From: a bacterium
GTDB lineage: Bacteria; Bacteroidota; Ignavibacteria; UBA10030
Length of the DNA stretch: 38,129 nucleotides
Reading direction: 5' to 3'
NCBI GenBank assembly: GCA_043803945.1
Contig: JAZDJN010000017.1
Coordinates: 1 to 38,129 of the forward strand
The translations under genes and the position numbers were made by a program. This document shows, piece after piece, positions 1 to 10,697 of the stretch (position 1 is the stretch's first letter; each line of letters starts with the position of its first letter). A model generated the notes under the pieces. That model had not been told where the DNA came from. It made no database searches and was given only the letters and a program-made list of their open reading frames with translations.

Positions 1-34
1 GACAGCAGATCAGAAATCAAATGATTTCTTTGAT

Positions 35-137
35 CTGGATTCCCCGCCTGCCTGCCATACCTACCGGCAGGCAAGTAACAGGCCCACCTTGGCGTGCAGG
101 CAAGTCGGGCAGGCGTGTTGAAGCATCACGGAATGAC
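35..137. repeat. REP-like palindrome (CTGGATTCC...GTG-TTGAAGCAT-CAC-GGAATGAC) interrupted by nested CCTGCC/GGCAGG palindromes
   Basis: The outer arms CTGGATTCC (35-43) and GTGTTGAAGCATCACGGAATGAC (115-137) resemble the widespread GTCATTCC..GGAATCCAG repeat. Inside, CGCCTGCC (45-52) pairs with GGCAGGCG (108-115), and TGCCTGCC (49-56) pairs with GGCAGGCA (66-73). Confidence 0.65.
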
Positions 138-284
138 TTTGCATTTTCTTTTGGAAGCTGCCGTCTTTGACGGCGGTCATTCACAGCACCGCAGTGTGAG
201 AAAAACTTCTCCTCAGAGTTGATTTGCTGACTGAAGTTGGCTACATTCACCGGCGGGTTTTTTGCTGATCAGACGAGGACATTC

Positions 285-912
285 TTGGGCAAGAAAAAGA
301 CACACACCTCAAACTTCGGTTCAACCGGCCGATTCAGTCAAGATGCTTCCAAGTTTTACTCCAGCCGGCTCTATACCCGGTTTAGAAATACGCATCGCCA
401 AACCGGATCAGATAATCCGGTGCCGGAGAGTATTCTGAACCATGTTCAATGCAAAAGCAGCGAACAGATGAAGGAGCTGCCCAATCGCAGTATCCATATG
501 ATGATTACGTCACCCCCCCTACAATGTCTCAAAAACCTATGACGACGATTTAACGCTGGATGAGTATCGTGCGTTGCTGCGCCGGGTGATGGAGGAGACG
601 CATCGGGTTCTGGTGAGCGGCGGCCGCGCATGCATCAATGTCGCTAATGTAGGTAGAAAGCCCTATGTACCGCTCCATGCCTATATCATACAGGATATGC
701 TTGAAATCGGATTCCTGATGCGCGGTGAAATTATCTTGCATAAAGGATCGAGCGCAGGAACCTCCACAGCGTGGGGGAGTTGGAAATCTGCTTCAAATCC
801 AACACTGAGGGATGTCCACGAATATATTCTTCTCTTCTCTAAAGAATTCGTTCGGCACTGCGAGAGCATCAGTCGAATTTCATTTTTATCTTTGCATTGT
901 CATTTTGCGTAA
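285..912 (+). pseudogene. Site-specific DNA methyltransferase (N6/N4 MTase, beta-class), frameshifted and C-terminally truncated
   Basis: TTG at 285 follows GAGGA. The first frame reads ...IHMMITSPP, then an extra C in a C7 run (513-519) shifts the frame. The second frame continues YNVSKTYDDDL...GRACINVANVGRKPY...WGSWKSASNPTLRDVHEYIL. No HPAPFP or DPFxGSGT SAM-binding motif follows. Confidence 0.85.
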
Positions 913-1087
913 CGTGAGTTATTAACTGACAACACGCAGGTAGAAGAAGCTGTTTGGTTGAAGCGAATAATCTTGTTTTTGACCTCCCCTTTTTGGTCAA
1001 CCCCTATGGGGTGGTTTGGGGTTTGCTAATGAGAACCCAGATTGATTGATGATTTTCCTTTTTTGCGTAAGGTGAATTATTAAATCG
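902..1087. repeat. Two imperfect 23-bp direct repeats with TAA-N6-TTA (dif-like) geometry
   Basis: ATTTTGCGTAA-CGTGAG-TTATTAACTGA (902-929) and TTTTTGCGTAA-GGTGAA-TTATTAAATCG (1060-1087). The cores 903-925 and 1061-1083 match at 21 of 23 bases. Confidence 0.55.
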
Positions 1088-1155
1088 TATTATAGTGTCA
1101 AGTTAGTAAGCATCTATAAATTGTGAAAAAATGAAAATAGCATAACGAGGTCCGC

Positions 1156-2337
1156 ATGGTTACCTTTCGATGGTGTGGAATCATTCTTCTGCTTGTTGGG
1201 ATGACAACCTCAATGGTTGCCCAAAAAGATCCCGGGCAATGGAAACCGATTATTGACAAACTGAAAAATCATTATGCCCCTGACAGGCATCTTGCGACGT
1301 TTGAGATTACCGTTGTGCAGGATGGAAAGAACCTCATTGTTCGCGGTGAGGTCGACAATCTCAAAGCACATGATGAAGTCGTTGCTGAGTTAGACAAACT
1401 CGGAGCCGGAACGGTGCTCGACAGCATCGTTGTCTTACCCGATCAAAAATTGGGTGCAACGCGGTACGGCATTATTGCTGCCAGTGTGGCAAATATCCGG
1501 TCGGACCCCGGAAATGCGAGAGAACTCAGCACCCAATACCTGATGGGTACGGTGGTGAGCCTTCTCAAAAAAAGCGGCAGTTGGTACCGCGTGCAGGGGC
1601 CGGATAACTATCTTGGCTGGCTTGAAGGGCGTACAATGGAACTGACCGATGAGCAGGGAGTTGAACGATGGAAAGCGGTAGAGAAGGCCATTGTGACGGC
1701 ACACCTCACAATGATTCGGGAACGCCCCGATGCAAAGTCTTATCCGGTCAGCGATGCTGTCGCCGGGATGCTCTTGAAAAAAGGAGAGAAACAGGGCGGC
1801 TGGGTAAGAGTGGAAATTCCTGGTGGACGGAGTGGTTACATCTCCACCAATGAGTCTGAGGATTATACAACGTGGAAATCAAGCCGCCGCCTTACCTCCG
1901 AGAATATTGAGCATACAGCGCGCCTTTTTACCGGAGTTCCCTATCTCTGGGGGGGCACATCCTCAAAGGGTATGGATTGCTCGGGATTTACCAAAACGGT
2001 CTATCGGTTGAATGGACTCGAGCTTCTTCGCGATGCCGATCAACAAGCAGAGATGGGTGAGGAGGTGCAAGTGGGAGAGAAATTGCAGAATCTTAAGAAA
2101 GGCGATTTGCTCTTCTTCGGGCGTAAAGCGTCTGCCGAACGGCCGGAGAACATCTCGCATGTCGGAATCTATCTGGAGAACCAGGAATTTATTCACACAC
2201 CGACAGGTGCATGGGTTCAGACGAACAGCTTTGATCCCGCTACTCCGAATTATTCCGAATATCTCTTGAAAATTTTTGTACGGGCAAGAAGAATTATTGG
2301 AACAGCGCAAATTCCCGAGGTCAAATTATCGAAGTAA
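1156..2337 (+). CDS. Secreted NlpC/P60 (C40) peptidase with SH3b domains, YkfC-like gamma-D-glutamyl endopeptidase
   Basis: Signal peptide, SH3-like segments (ANIRSDPGNARELSTQYLMG), catalytic PYLWGG-TSSKGMDCSGF and ISHVGIY...FIH. Confidence 0.92.
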   Translation: MVTFRWCGIILLLVGMTTSMVAQKDPGQWKPIIDKLKNHYAPDRHLATFEITVVQDGKNLIVRGEVDNLKAHDEVVAELDKLGAGTVLDSIVVLPDQKLGATRYGIIAASVANIRSDPGNARELSTQYLMGTVVSLLKKSGSWYRVQGPDNYLGWLEGRTMELTDEQGVERWKAVEKAIVTAHLTMIRERPDAKSYPVSDAVAGMLLKKGEKQGGWVRVEIPGGRSGYISTNESEDYTTWKSSRRLTSENIEHTARLFTGVPYLWGGTSSKGMDCSGFTKTVYRLNGLELLRDADQQAEMGEEVQVGEKLQNLKKGDLLFFGRKASAERPENISHVGIYLENQEFIHTPTGAWVQTNSFDPATPNYSEYLLKIFVRARRIIGTAQIPEVKLSK

Positions 2338-2442
2338 TCAATGTGTGCGATGATTGTGTTTTTGGGGCACCGTCTCTGCTGGAGGCGTCCGAACTACACA
2401 TCCAGTATACCGGTCGGGGAAATCAAGAAATCGAATTGAGTA

Positions 2443-3594
2443 CTACTTTTTTCTTGCAGGCAGTTTCTTTACGCCGATTCCCGGACGGTTCATCAGAGTT
2501 ACTTTACCGTTCACAATTTTTGTTCCATCATACACATCATTGCTGATTAGTAATGCCCCGTCAAGGTCGGCCCAATCAGCCATCGGAGAGAGATGGGAGG
2601 CGGCGGAGATGGCACACGATGTTTCCGTCATGCATCCGATCATCACCTTCATTCCCAGCGACCGTGCAAGAACGATCATCTTGTGTGCTTCGCGCATCCC
2701 GGTACATTTCATCAGCTTGATATTCACTCCGTGATAGACACCATGTGCTTTCTTAACATCCGCTAACCGTTGCACTGCTTCGTCACCGATGGTGGGGAGG
2801 GGGCTTCGTTCGGTGAGCCAGGCCATATCATCCACATTCTCCTTGGGCATTGGCTGTTCGACAAAGACAACTCCCTTTTCCTTCAGCCAGTGAATCATCT
2901 CAAGGGCGAAGGAGCGGTCCTTCCAGCCCTGGTTCACATCGACACAGATTGGTGTATCTGTTACGGAACGGATCGTTTCGATCATCATCTTATCGGTATC
3001 ACGCCCTAACTTCACTTTCAGTATTTTGAATTCCTCCGCTTCTTTCGTTTTTTGCCGCACAACATCGGCTGTATCGATCCCGATGGTGAATGATGTAACC
3101 GGAGTCTTCTCTTTTTGAAATCCCCAGAGATTATACCATGGTTGGCCGCACAATTTTCCAATCAAATCGTGAAGGGCAATGTCAATGGAAGCTTTTGCTG
3201 CCGGATTGCCGGGAGCGATCGCATCGATATCGGCCAGGATAGTCTCAAGCTCAAACGGATTTTCGTAGGATTCAAGATGAACCTTGGAGAGAAAGTCCTG
3301 AACGCTCTGGTGCGATTCACCCAGGTAAGGAGGCATGGAGGCTTCTCCATAACCGACAACACCGTTGTATTCAATTTCGGTGAGGACGACTGGTGTTGTT
3401 GTGCGCGAGCCCGTTGCAATTGTAAAGACATGTTTCAATTCCAGTGTATAGGGCCGGTAGCGGAGTTTCATCCTGGCCCGATATTTCTTTGAGGTATAGG
3501 TCATTGCTGCATCTGCAATGGAAGAAGATGCCATCATAGCCGATGCTGTGAGAGCGGATGTTGTTTTGAAAAAGTCTCTGCGATTCTGATTCAT
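2443..3594 (-). CDS. Dipeptide (L-Ala-D/L-Glu) epimerase, enolase superfamily, with Tat signal
   Basis: N-terminal NRRDFFK twin-arginine motif; KVKLG, VDVNQGW, VEQP, GDEA, NIKLMK, GCMTET and DLDG motifs. Confidence 0.92.
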   Translation of the reverse strand: MNQNRRDFFKTTSALTASAMMASSSIADAAMTYTSKKYRARMKLRYRPYTLELKHVFTIATGSRTTTPVVLTEIEYNGVVGYGEASMPPYLGESHQSVQDFLSKVHLESYENPFELETILADIDAIAPGNPAAKASIDIALHDLIGKLCGQPWYNLWGFQKEKTPVTSFTIGIDTADVVRQKTKEAEEFKILKVKLGRDTDKMMIETIRSVTDTPICVDVNQGWKDRSFALEMIHWLKEKGVVFVEQPMPKENVDDMAWLTERSPLPTIGDEAVQRLADVKKAHGVYHGVNIKLMKCTGMREAHKMIVLARSLGMKVMIGCMTETSCAISAASHLSPMADWADLDGALLISNDVYDGTKIVNGKVTLMNRPGIGVKKLPARKK

Positions 3595-3761
3595 GGTTTT
3601 GTGATCCTCTTAGAAATAGGTAGTAGGAAGAAATTAGAGAAATCAAAGCTGAGAATCAAAATGTGTGGAGTGCGTCACAGCCTGAGAATTCACCGTTTCG
3701 TAACTTGCTTTCAAGCCATTGGCTTTGTATCTTACTTCTGCACTTCTCGGCGGACATTTTC

Positions 3762-4136
3762 ATGGCAAAACGAAAGAATATCTTAATTATCGATGATGAA
3801 GTATCTTGGCTCCATGCAGTCAGCCATACCTTGCGTGATCATGGATTTAAGGTCAAGGAGGCTATGAGCGCAATTGAGGCCCTCGACGTTCTCATTAAAT
3901 TCAAACCGGACCTCATTGTCAGCGACTTGAGGATGCCGGATATGAATGGTTTTGAGCTGCTGGATAAGATTCGACAAATGCCAAAAAATTTGACCACACC
4001 GGTTGTCTTCCTTTCTGCCATTGAAGATTTTGCTGCCAAGAAGGTGGCAAAAGATATGGGGGCGGCAGATTGTGTTGCCAAACCATACCATAAAGACGAA
4101 ATCCTCCCGCTGCTCTCAAAGTATCTTCCCCAGTAA
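3762..4136 (+). CDS. Single-domain response regulator (REC)
   Basis: ILIIDDE, DLIVSDLRMPDMNG, VFLSA and AKP motifs. ATG 3762 was chosen over the upstream ORF start. Confidence 0.92.
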   Translation: MAKRKNILIIDDEVSWLHAVSHTLRDHGFKVKEAMSAIEALDVLIKFKPDLIVSDLRMPDMNGFELLDKIRQMPKNLTTPVVFLSAIEDFAAKKVAKDMGAADCVAKPYHKDEILPLLSKYLPQ

Positions 4137-4225
4137 TCGTTTTTTCCAATCAACCGAGTAGTCCCTGAATCTCTGTAGCTGCGTTGCTTGCTATTTTTGC
4201 GGAGGGGTGGTACTTTGATTATACC

Positions 4226-6493
4226 ATGCCTCAAGTAAACGCTATGCATAAATTTTTTGAACGAATACGAAAATTCTTTGCTACACTAGGCCCTGTCGAA
4301 CAGGCTCAGGTCGTGGCCTCCACTGCCGTCGTTGTTGCTATGGTTACCATCGCGACGCTGCGTTGGGTCCAGCAAAGCCAGCCAATTGAGTGGTTCACTT
4401 TTTTCAGCGTACTGACAACCGGTATTTTCGGATTTATAATCGTGTTCTTTACATTGAGATACGGACGATTGCTTGAGTCGCAGAAACAGGAACTCCTGGC
4501 GCTCAATACGATTGCGAAAGCAGTGAATCGCTCAGTCGAGATTAATCGCTTGCTAAGCAATGCACTGAGCGAAGTGGTGCGTGTCCTCGAGGTCGATTAC
4601 GGATGGGTGTATCATGTCGAGTCGGGCAAGCTGGTTCTCAAATCGTTCCATGGCCTCGGCACTGAGGCCGCTTCGCTGATTCCAGCCAACCGTGATGTGG
4701 AGGATGGCGATCTTCTCTGGATTCGAACTCCGCAGATTCAACAATGGAGGCCCGAACAGTATCCTGCTTCGAATGAGCCGGATGAATGGAAAGAAATTAA
4801 GACGTGGGCTTCTGTTCCCTTAATGATCAAGGATCGATTGGCGGGTGTGATGATCGTGGCAAGCCGGAATGCGAGTGCGTTCAGCGCCAAACAACTCGAT
4901 CTGATGGGAGCATTTGCAAATCAGATCGGTGTCGCACTTGAGAATGCGGCCCTCTTCGATCAACTGCGTCGCTCAGAAGAGCGGTATATGGATCTCTTTG
5001 AACACTCCCCTGATATGTATCATATCATTAATCGGGAAGGTCTTATTATCAGTTGCAATCAGACAGAAGCCGATCGGCTGGGGTATCGGAAGGATGAGCT
5101 GGTTGGCTGGTCGATGTTGAAGCTCTATCCCGAGCCTCATCATGATGCAGCCCGGCAGTTACTCACAGCGATTTTTGAGCGAGGGATGGAATTTTCAGGG
5201 TTTGAAGAACAGATGATCGCGAAAGAAGGAATGCTGATCGATGTAAGCGTCAATACCTCTGTCATCTATGATGAAGGCCGCAAGCCGATGTTAATTCGTG
5301 TTGCCGCGCGAGATATTACAGAGAAGAAAAAACTGGAACAACAGATCCTGCATGCCCAACGGATCGATAGTATTGGCAATCTTGCAGGTGGCGTAGCGCA
5401 TGATTTCAATAACATCCTCACTTCGATCCTTGGCTCTACGGCGATCATGAAGCGAAAGATGCAGAAAAGGAATCAATGGTATCACTTTGCAGACATCATC
5501 GACACGGCGGCAAAGCGTGGCGCCGGACTCACGCGGCAGTTGTTAACGTTTGCACGGAAAAGTACTGTGCAGGTGCGCCCGGTCGTTGTGAGTGATATTC
5601 TGGAAGAAACAATCAACCTGTTCGAACGGGGTGTCGATAAAACAATTCAGGTGAACCGGAAATTCAGCGAAGAGGTCAGTATCATCAATGGCGATGATGG
5701 GCAGCTTCAACAGGCTATTCTGAATTTGCTCATCAATGCCCGCGATGCGATGCCGGTTGGGGGGACGATTTCCGTTGAAACAATCAATCGAACCCTTGAA
5801 GGCCGTCGTACAGCGGAAAACGACAGTGAGCAGACGGGCCGGTTTGTGATGATCTCCATTTCCGATACGGGAATCGGGATAAAGCGTGATGTCCAGGAAC
5901 GGATCTTCGAACCCTTTTTCACAACCAAAGATCAGGGGAAGGGGACGGGACTCGGTTTGCCGGTTGTGTACGGAGTTGTGAAATCGCACAACGGATTTAT
6001 TACCGTACAGAGCCAACCGGGATTGGGTTCGAGGTTTACCCTCCACTTTCCATTGATCCCGGAAACAGAGAAGATCAATGCATCGCGAGTGAGGAAAAAG
6101 CTCCTGAAGGGAAATGAACATTTGTTGGTCATCGACGATGATGCCAGTGTCGGTGACATTATCAAGGGAATGGCTTCGGATCTGGGATATGATATCACAA
6201 TTGCGCGGAGCGGAAAAGAAGCGCTGAAGGTGTTAAAGAAAAAGAAAATGATAAAGCTCGCGATTCTGGATATGAATATGCCGGAAATGGGCGGAAGAGA
6301 AACGTTTCTCAAATTGAAAAAACAGTTTCCTCATCTTCGTGTACTGGTGTCAACCGGTTACAGCGACACCACACTTGAAGGCACACCGATGCGTGAGGCA
6401 GTCGATGGGATTATCCAGAAGCCATACCAGATTGAGGAACTCTCCATCGCCATCCGTGAGGCGCTCGACGGGACAAAAATTTCAAAGAAGTAA
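4226..6493 (+). CDS. Hybrid sensor histidine kinase (2 TM-GAF-PAS-HisKA-HATPase-REC)
   Basis: Two hydrophobic segments, GAF (ASVPLMIKDRLAGV), PAS, H-box VAHDFNNIL, NLLINARDAM, DTGIGI, GTGLGL and a C-terminal REC (VIDDD, LDMNMP). The start could be 4226 or 4244. Confidence 0.92.
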   Translation: MPQVNAMHKFFERIRKFFATLGPVEQAQVVASTAVVVAMVTIATLRWVQQSQPIEWFTFFSVLTTGIFGFIIVFFTLRYGRLLESQKQELLALNTIAKAVNRSVEINRLLSNALSEVVRVLEVDYGWVYHVESGKLVLKSFHGLGTEAASLIPANRDVEDGDLLWIRTPQIQQWRPEQYPASNEPDEWKEIKTWASVPLMIKDRLAGVMIVASRNASAFSAKQLDLMGAFANQIGVALENAALFDQLRRSEERYMDLFEHSPDMYHIINREGLIISCNQTEADRLGYRKDELVGWSMLKLYPEPHHDAARQLLTAIFERGMEFSGFEEQMIAKEGMLIDVSVNTSVIYDEGRKPMLIRVAARDITEKKKLEQQILHAQRIDSIGNLAGGVAHDFNNILTSILGSTAIMKRKMQKRNQWYHFADIIDTAAKRGAGLTRQLLTFARKSTVQVRPVVVSDILEETINLFERGVDKTIQVNRKFSEEVSIINGDDGQLQQAILNLLINARDAMPVGGTISVETINRTLEGRRTAENDSEQTGRFVMISISDTGIGIKRDVQERIFEPFFTTKDQGKGTGLGLPVVYGVVKSHNGFITVQSQPGLGSRFTLHFPLIPETEKINASRVRKKLLKGNEHLLVIDDDASVGDIIKGMASDLGYDITIARSGKEALKVLKKKKMIKLAILDMNMPEMGGRETFLKLKKQFPHLRVLVSTGYSDTTLEGTPMREAVDGIIQKPYQIEELSIAIREALDGTKISKK

Positions 6494-6808
6494 GAACATT
6501 GCCCTTCGAAGGGAATCTTGCAAGTCGGGAAAATTATCACTACCATTTTTTCAATCTATCACGTGCATGAAGCCCTGGCTGAACCAGGGCACCGCTTGAG
6601 GCGAGATCCTCTCACTCGAGGCAGGCGCAGTTCTTGAGAGTGTAACCTTACGGCTTCCGACGTGATACGATGTGGATGGTTCAAGCAACGCACACTCTTG
6701 AATAGTGCTTTGTCGCAAGATTCCTTCACAGCATATAGATTGGCAACGAGGAACGTTCGGCAAGACATCGAGATCCTTCATGAATTTCTGCACGCTGTAA
6801 ATGTCGAT

Positions 6809-7621
6809 ATGAGTATGAGTCTTGATTCTTTTGGAAATCAGTTGAAGTCGTATCGGCTTGAGAAGCATGTTTCGCTTCAGGAAGTCTCTGCCAAGACCAA
6901 AATCAGCTTGAGGTTACTGGAAGCGATGGAGGGTGGTCAATTTTCATTGCTTCCGCAACCGTATATCCGTGCATTTATCCGGGAATATGCTCATGCAGTC
7001 GAAGCGGACTCCGAAGAATTGTTGAGGCAGTACGATGCTGGCATGGCTGGACCAAAACTCCCGGCGGTAAAACCGGCAGCTCCATCGGAAACGGTACCAG
7101 AGGCTCCGGGAGAAATTCAGCCTCAGGGGCCAACTACAGGACCGCACTCACAACTCTGGAACAGGATTATTACAGGTGTGATAGTGTTGATTCCGATCGC
7201 CATTATCTCACTGATTCTTCTCCAGCGAGGAGATCCCGAGCCGGAACCGGTAAAAGAAATTCCGTTCGATAGAGCTGTGGAAGAAAATGAGGCAAGAATC
7301 TCCGAGGCGAATAAACCGGGTACGGTGCAACAGCAAACAATCTCTCAACCTGTTCCGGGGGATAGCCTGCGGCTTGAAATTGCTACCACAGATTCGGTCT
7401 GGATGTCTCTCACGATCGATAATATCCGCAGAGGAGAATATTTGTTCCCACCCAACTTCACACGCAGTTGGTCTGGCAAAGACCAGTTCGTTGTCTCTGT
7501 TGGGAATGCAGGGGCGGCTCTGTTTCGACTTAATGGCAAAGAGATTGGACCGCTGGGAAAACCAGGGGCGATTGCACGCAGTGTCCTGATCACCGCAAGA
7601 GGAATTCTGCTTCCCGAGTAA
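6809..7621 (+). CDS. rodZ: RodZ-like protein (HTH_25 - TM - DUF4115)
   Basis: FGNQLKSYRLEKHVSLQEVSAKTKI...YIRAFIREYA HTH, a single TM, and C-terminal VGNAGA..LNGKEIGPLGKPG. Confidence 0.8.
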   Translation: MSMSLDSFGNQLKSYRLEKHVSLQEVSAKTKISLRLLEAMEGGQFSLLPQPYIRAFIREYAHAVEADSEELLRQYDAGMAGPKLPAVKPAAPSETVPEAPGEIQPQGPTTGPHSQLWNRIITGVIVLIPIAIISLILLQRGDPEPEPVKEIPFDRAVEENEARISEANKPGTVQQQTISQPVPGDSLRLEIATTDSVWMSLTIDNIRRGEYLFPPNFTRSWSGKDQFVVSVGNAGAALFRLNGKEIGPLGKPGAIARSVLITARGILLPE

Positions 7622-9685
<2,064 letters not shown>

Positions 9686-9703
9686 CGATAGTAAAGGTCA
9701 GGC

Positions 9704-10243
9704 ATGCTCGAGTCATTTCGATTACAGATGGGAATTCACTATGCACGTCTTCGTTTCCACGTCGGCCGCGAACCCCTGGTCGATTTTACCGATGTCGTCA
9801 CGAGGGCGCGGCGTGCCGTTGTCTTTCTCCCTGAGATGCCAAATCAGCTCAACATACTGAGTGACGTGAATCAGTACCTCATCGACCGTTTTCATGCCGA
9901 TAAGCTGATGTTTGTAGGACGGCGTGAAATTCTCTCCTCGATGAGGGAGAGTCGAAAAATTGAAACTCTGGGATTCAGTTCGCAGGAATTGAACTACTGG
10001 TACGTTCCCCGTGGCGAGTTGCGCCAAAAGATGAAAAAGAGTACATTCGACATGGCACTTGATCTGAATATTTCCTTTGCGTTTCCGAGCGCATTTCTCT
10101 GCCGCGAGTCTCTCGCACCTCTTCGGATCGGATTCGTAAAGGATCATGCCGATGACTTCTATAATTTTCAGGTGAAGACGAATCGGGCAAACAACCTCAA
10201 TCAAGCCTATACAAGTTTGCTCCGGTGTTTGGAAATGTTTTAA
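9704..10243 (+). CDS. Conserved hypothetical protein (DUF6913-like / GT9 N-terminal-like)
   Basis: 179-aa ORF between ligA and the STAS gene; FDMALDLN...APLRIGF resembles GT-B fold segments. Confidence 0.7.
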   Translation: MLESFRLQMGIHYARLRFHVGREPLVDFTDVVTRARRAVVFLPEMPNQLNILSDVNQYLIDRFHADKLMFVGRREILSSMRESRKIETLGFSSQELNYWYVPRGELRQKMKKSTFDMALDLNISFAFPSAFLCRESLAPLRIGFVKDHADDFYNFQVKTNRANNLNQAYTSLLRCLEMF

Positions 10244-10299
10244 TTTCGTATATTGGTGTTGTGCAATTTGAGCTGTCAGTGAAGTAGGAGGAGGATTGT

Positions 10300-10632
10300 A
10301 TGCAGTTTGAAGTGAAAAAAAATGGTGAAGCAACCGTTCTGAAAATCAAGGAGCGGAAATTGGATGCAAGTGTCTCCCCCGAATTAAAGGGAGAGTTTTT
10401 GATCTTGTGTGGTCCCAAGACCAAGAACCTTGTCATCGATATGAGCGATGTCGAGTTCTGTGACAGCAGCGGGCTGAGTGCCCTCCTTATTGCAGAGAGG
10501 AAGATGAGAGAACATGGCGGTGTCGTGAAACTCGCTTCCCTGCAAAAGAAAGTGCTCTCGCTCATGAGAATCTCCCGCCTCGATCGCGCATTCCGCATCC
10601 ATGACACCGTTGCAAAAGCGGTGAAGGCATAG
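10300..10632 (+). CDS. STAS-domain anti-sigma factor antagonist
   Basis: LDAS..PELK and VIDMSDVEFCDSSGLSAL (phosphorylatable Ser); strong RBS GGAGGAGG. Confidence 0.93.
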   Translation: MQFEVKKNGEATVLKIKERKLDASVSPELKGEFLILCGPKTKNLVIDMSDVEFCDSSGLSALLIAERKMREHGGVVKLASLQKKVLSLMRISRLDRAFRIHDTVAKAVKA

Positions 10633-10697
10633 TCCCGGACTATTCTGAGTTGGGGAAAACACACCGACAGTGTTTTCCCTCAATGGATGAGAACCTG

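Noticed and set aside
1090-1106. TATAGTGTCAAGTTAG (and AAGTTGACACTA near 31384) as IS4-like terminal repeats
   Set aside because: The resemblance is from memory only, the motifs are short, they are 30 kb apart around core genes, and no transposase is present.
6662-6808. N-terminal extensions in the ORF track (rodZ 6662, REC 3663, NTP transferase 33895, CDP-alcohol transferase 34755)
   Set aside because: Family similarity starts at downstream ATGs, and the extensions cover intergenic, repeat or overlapping sequence.
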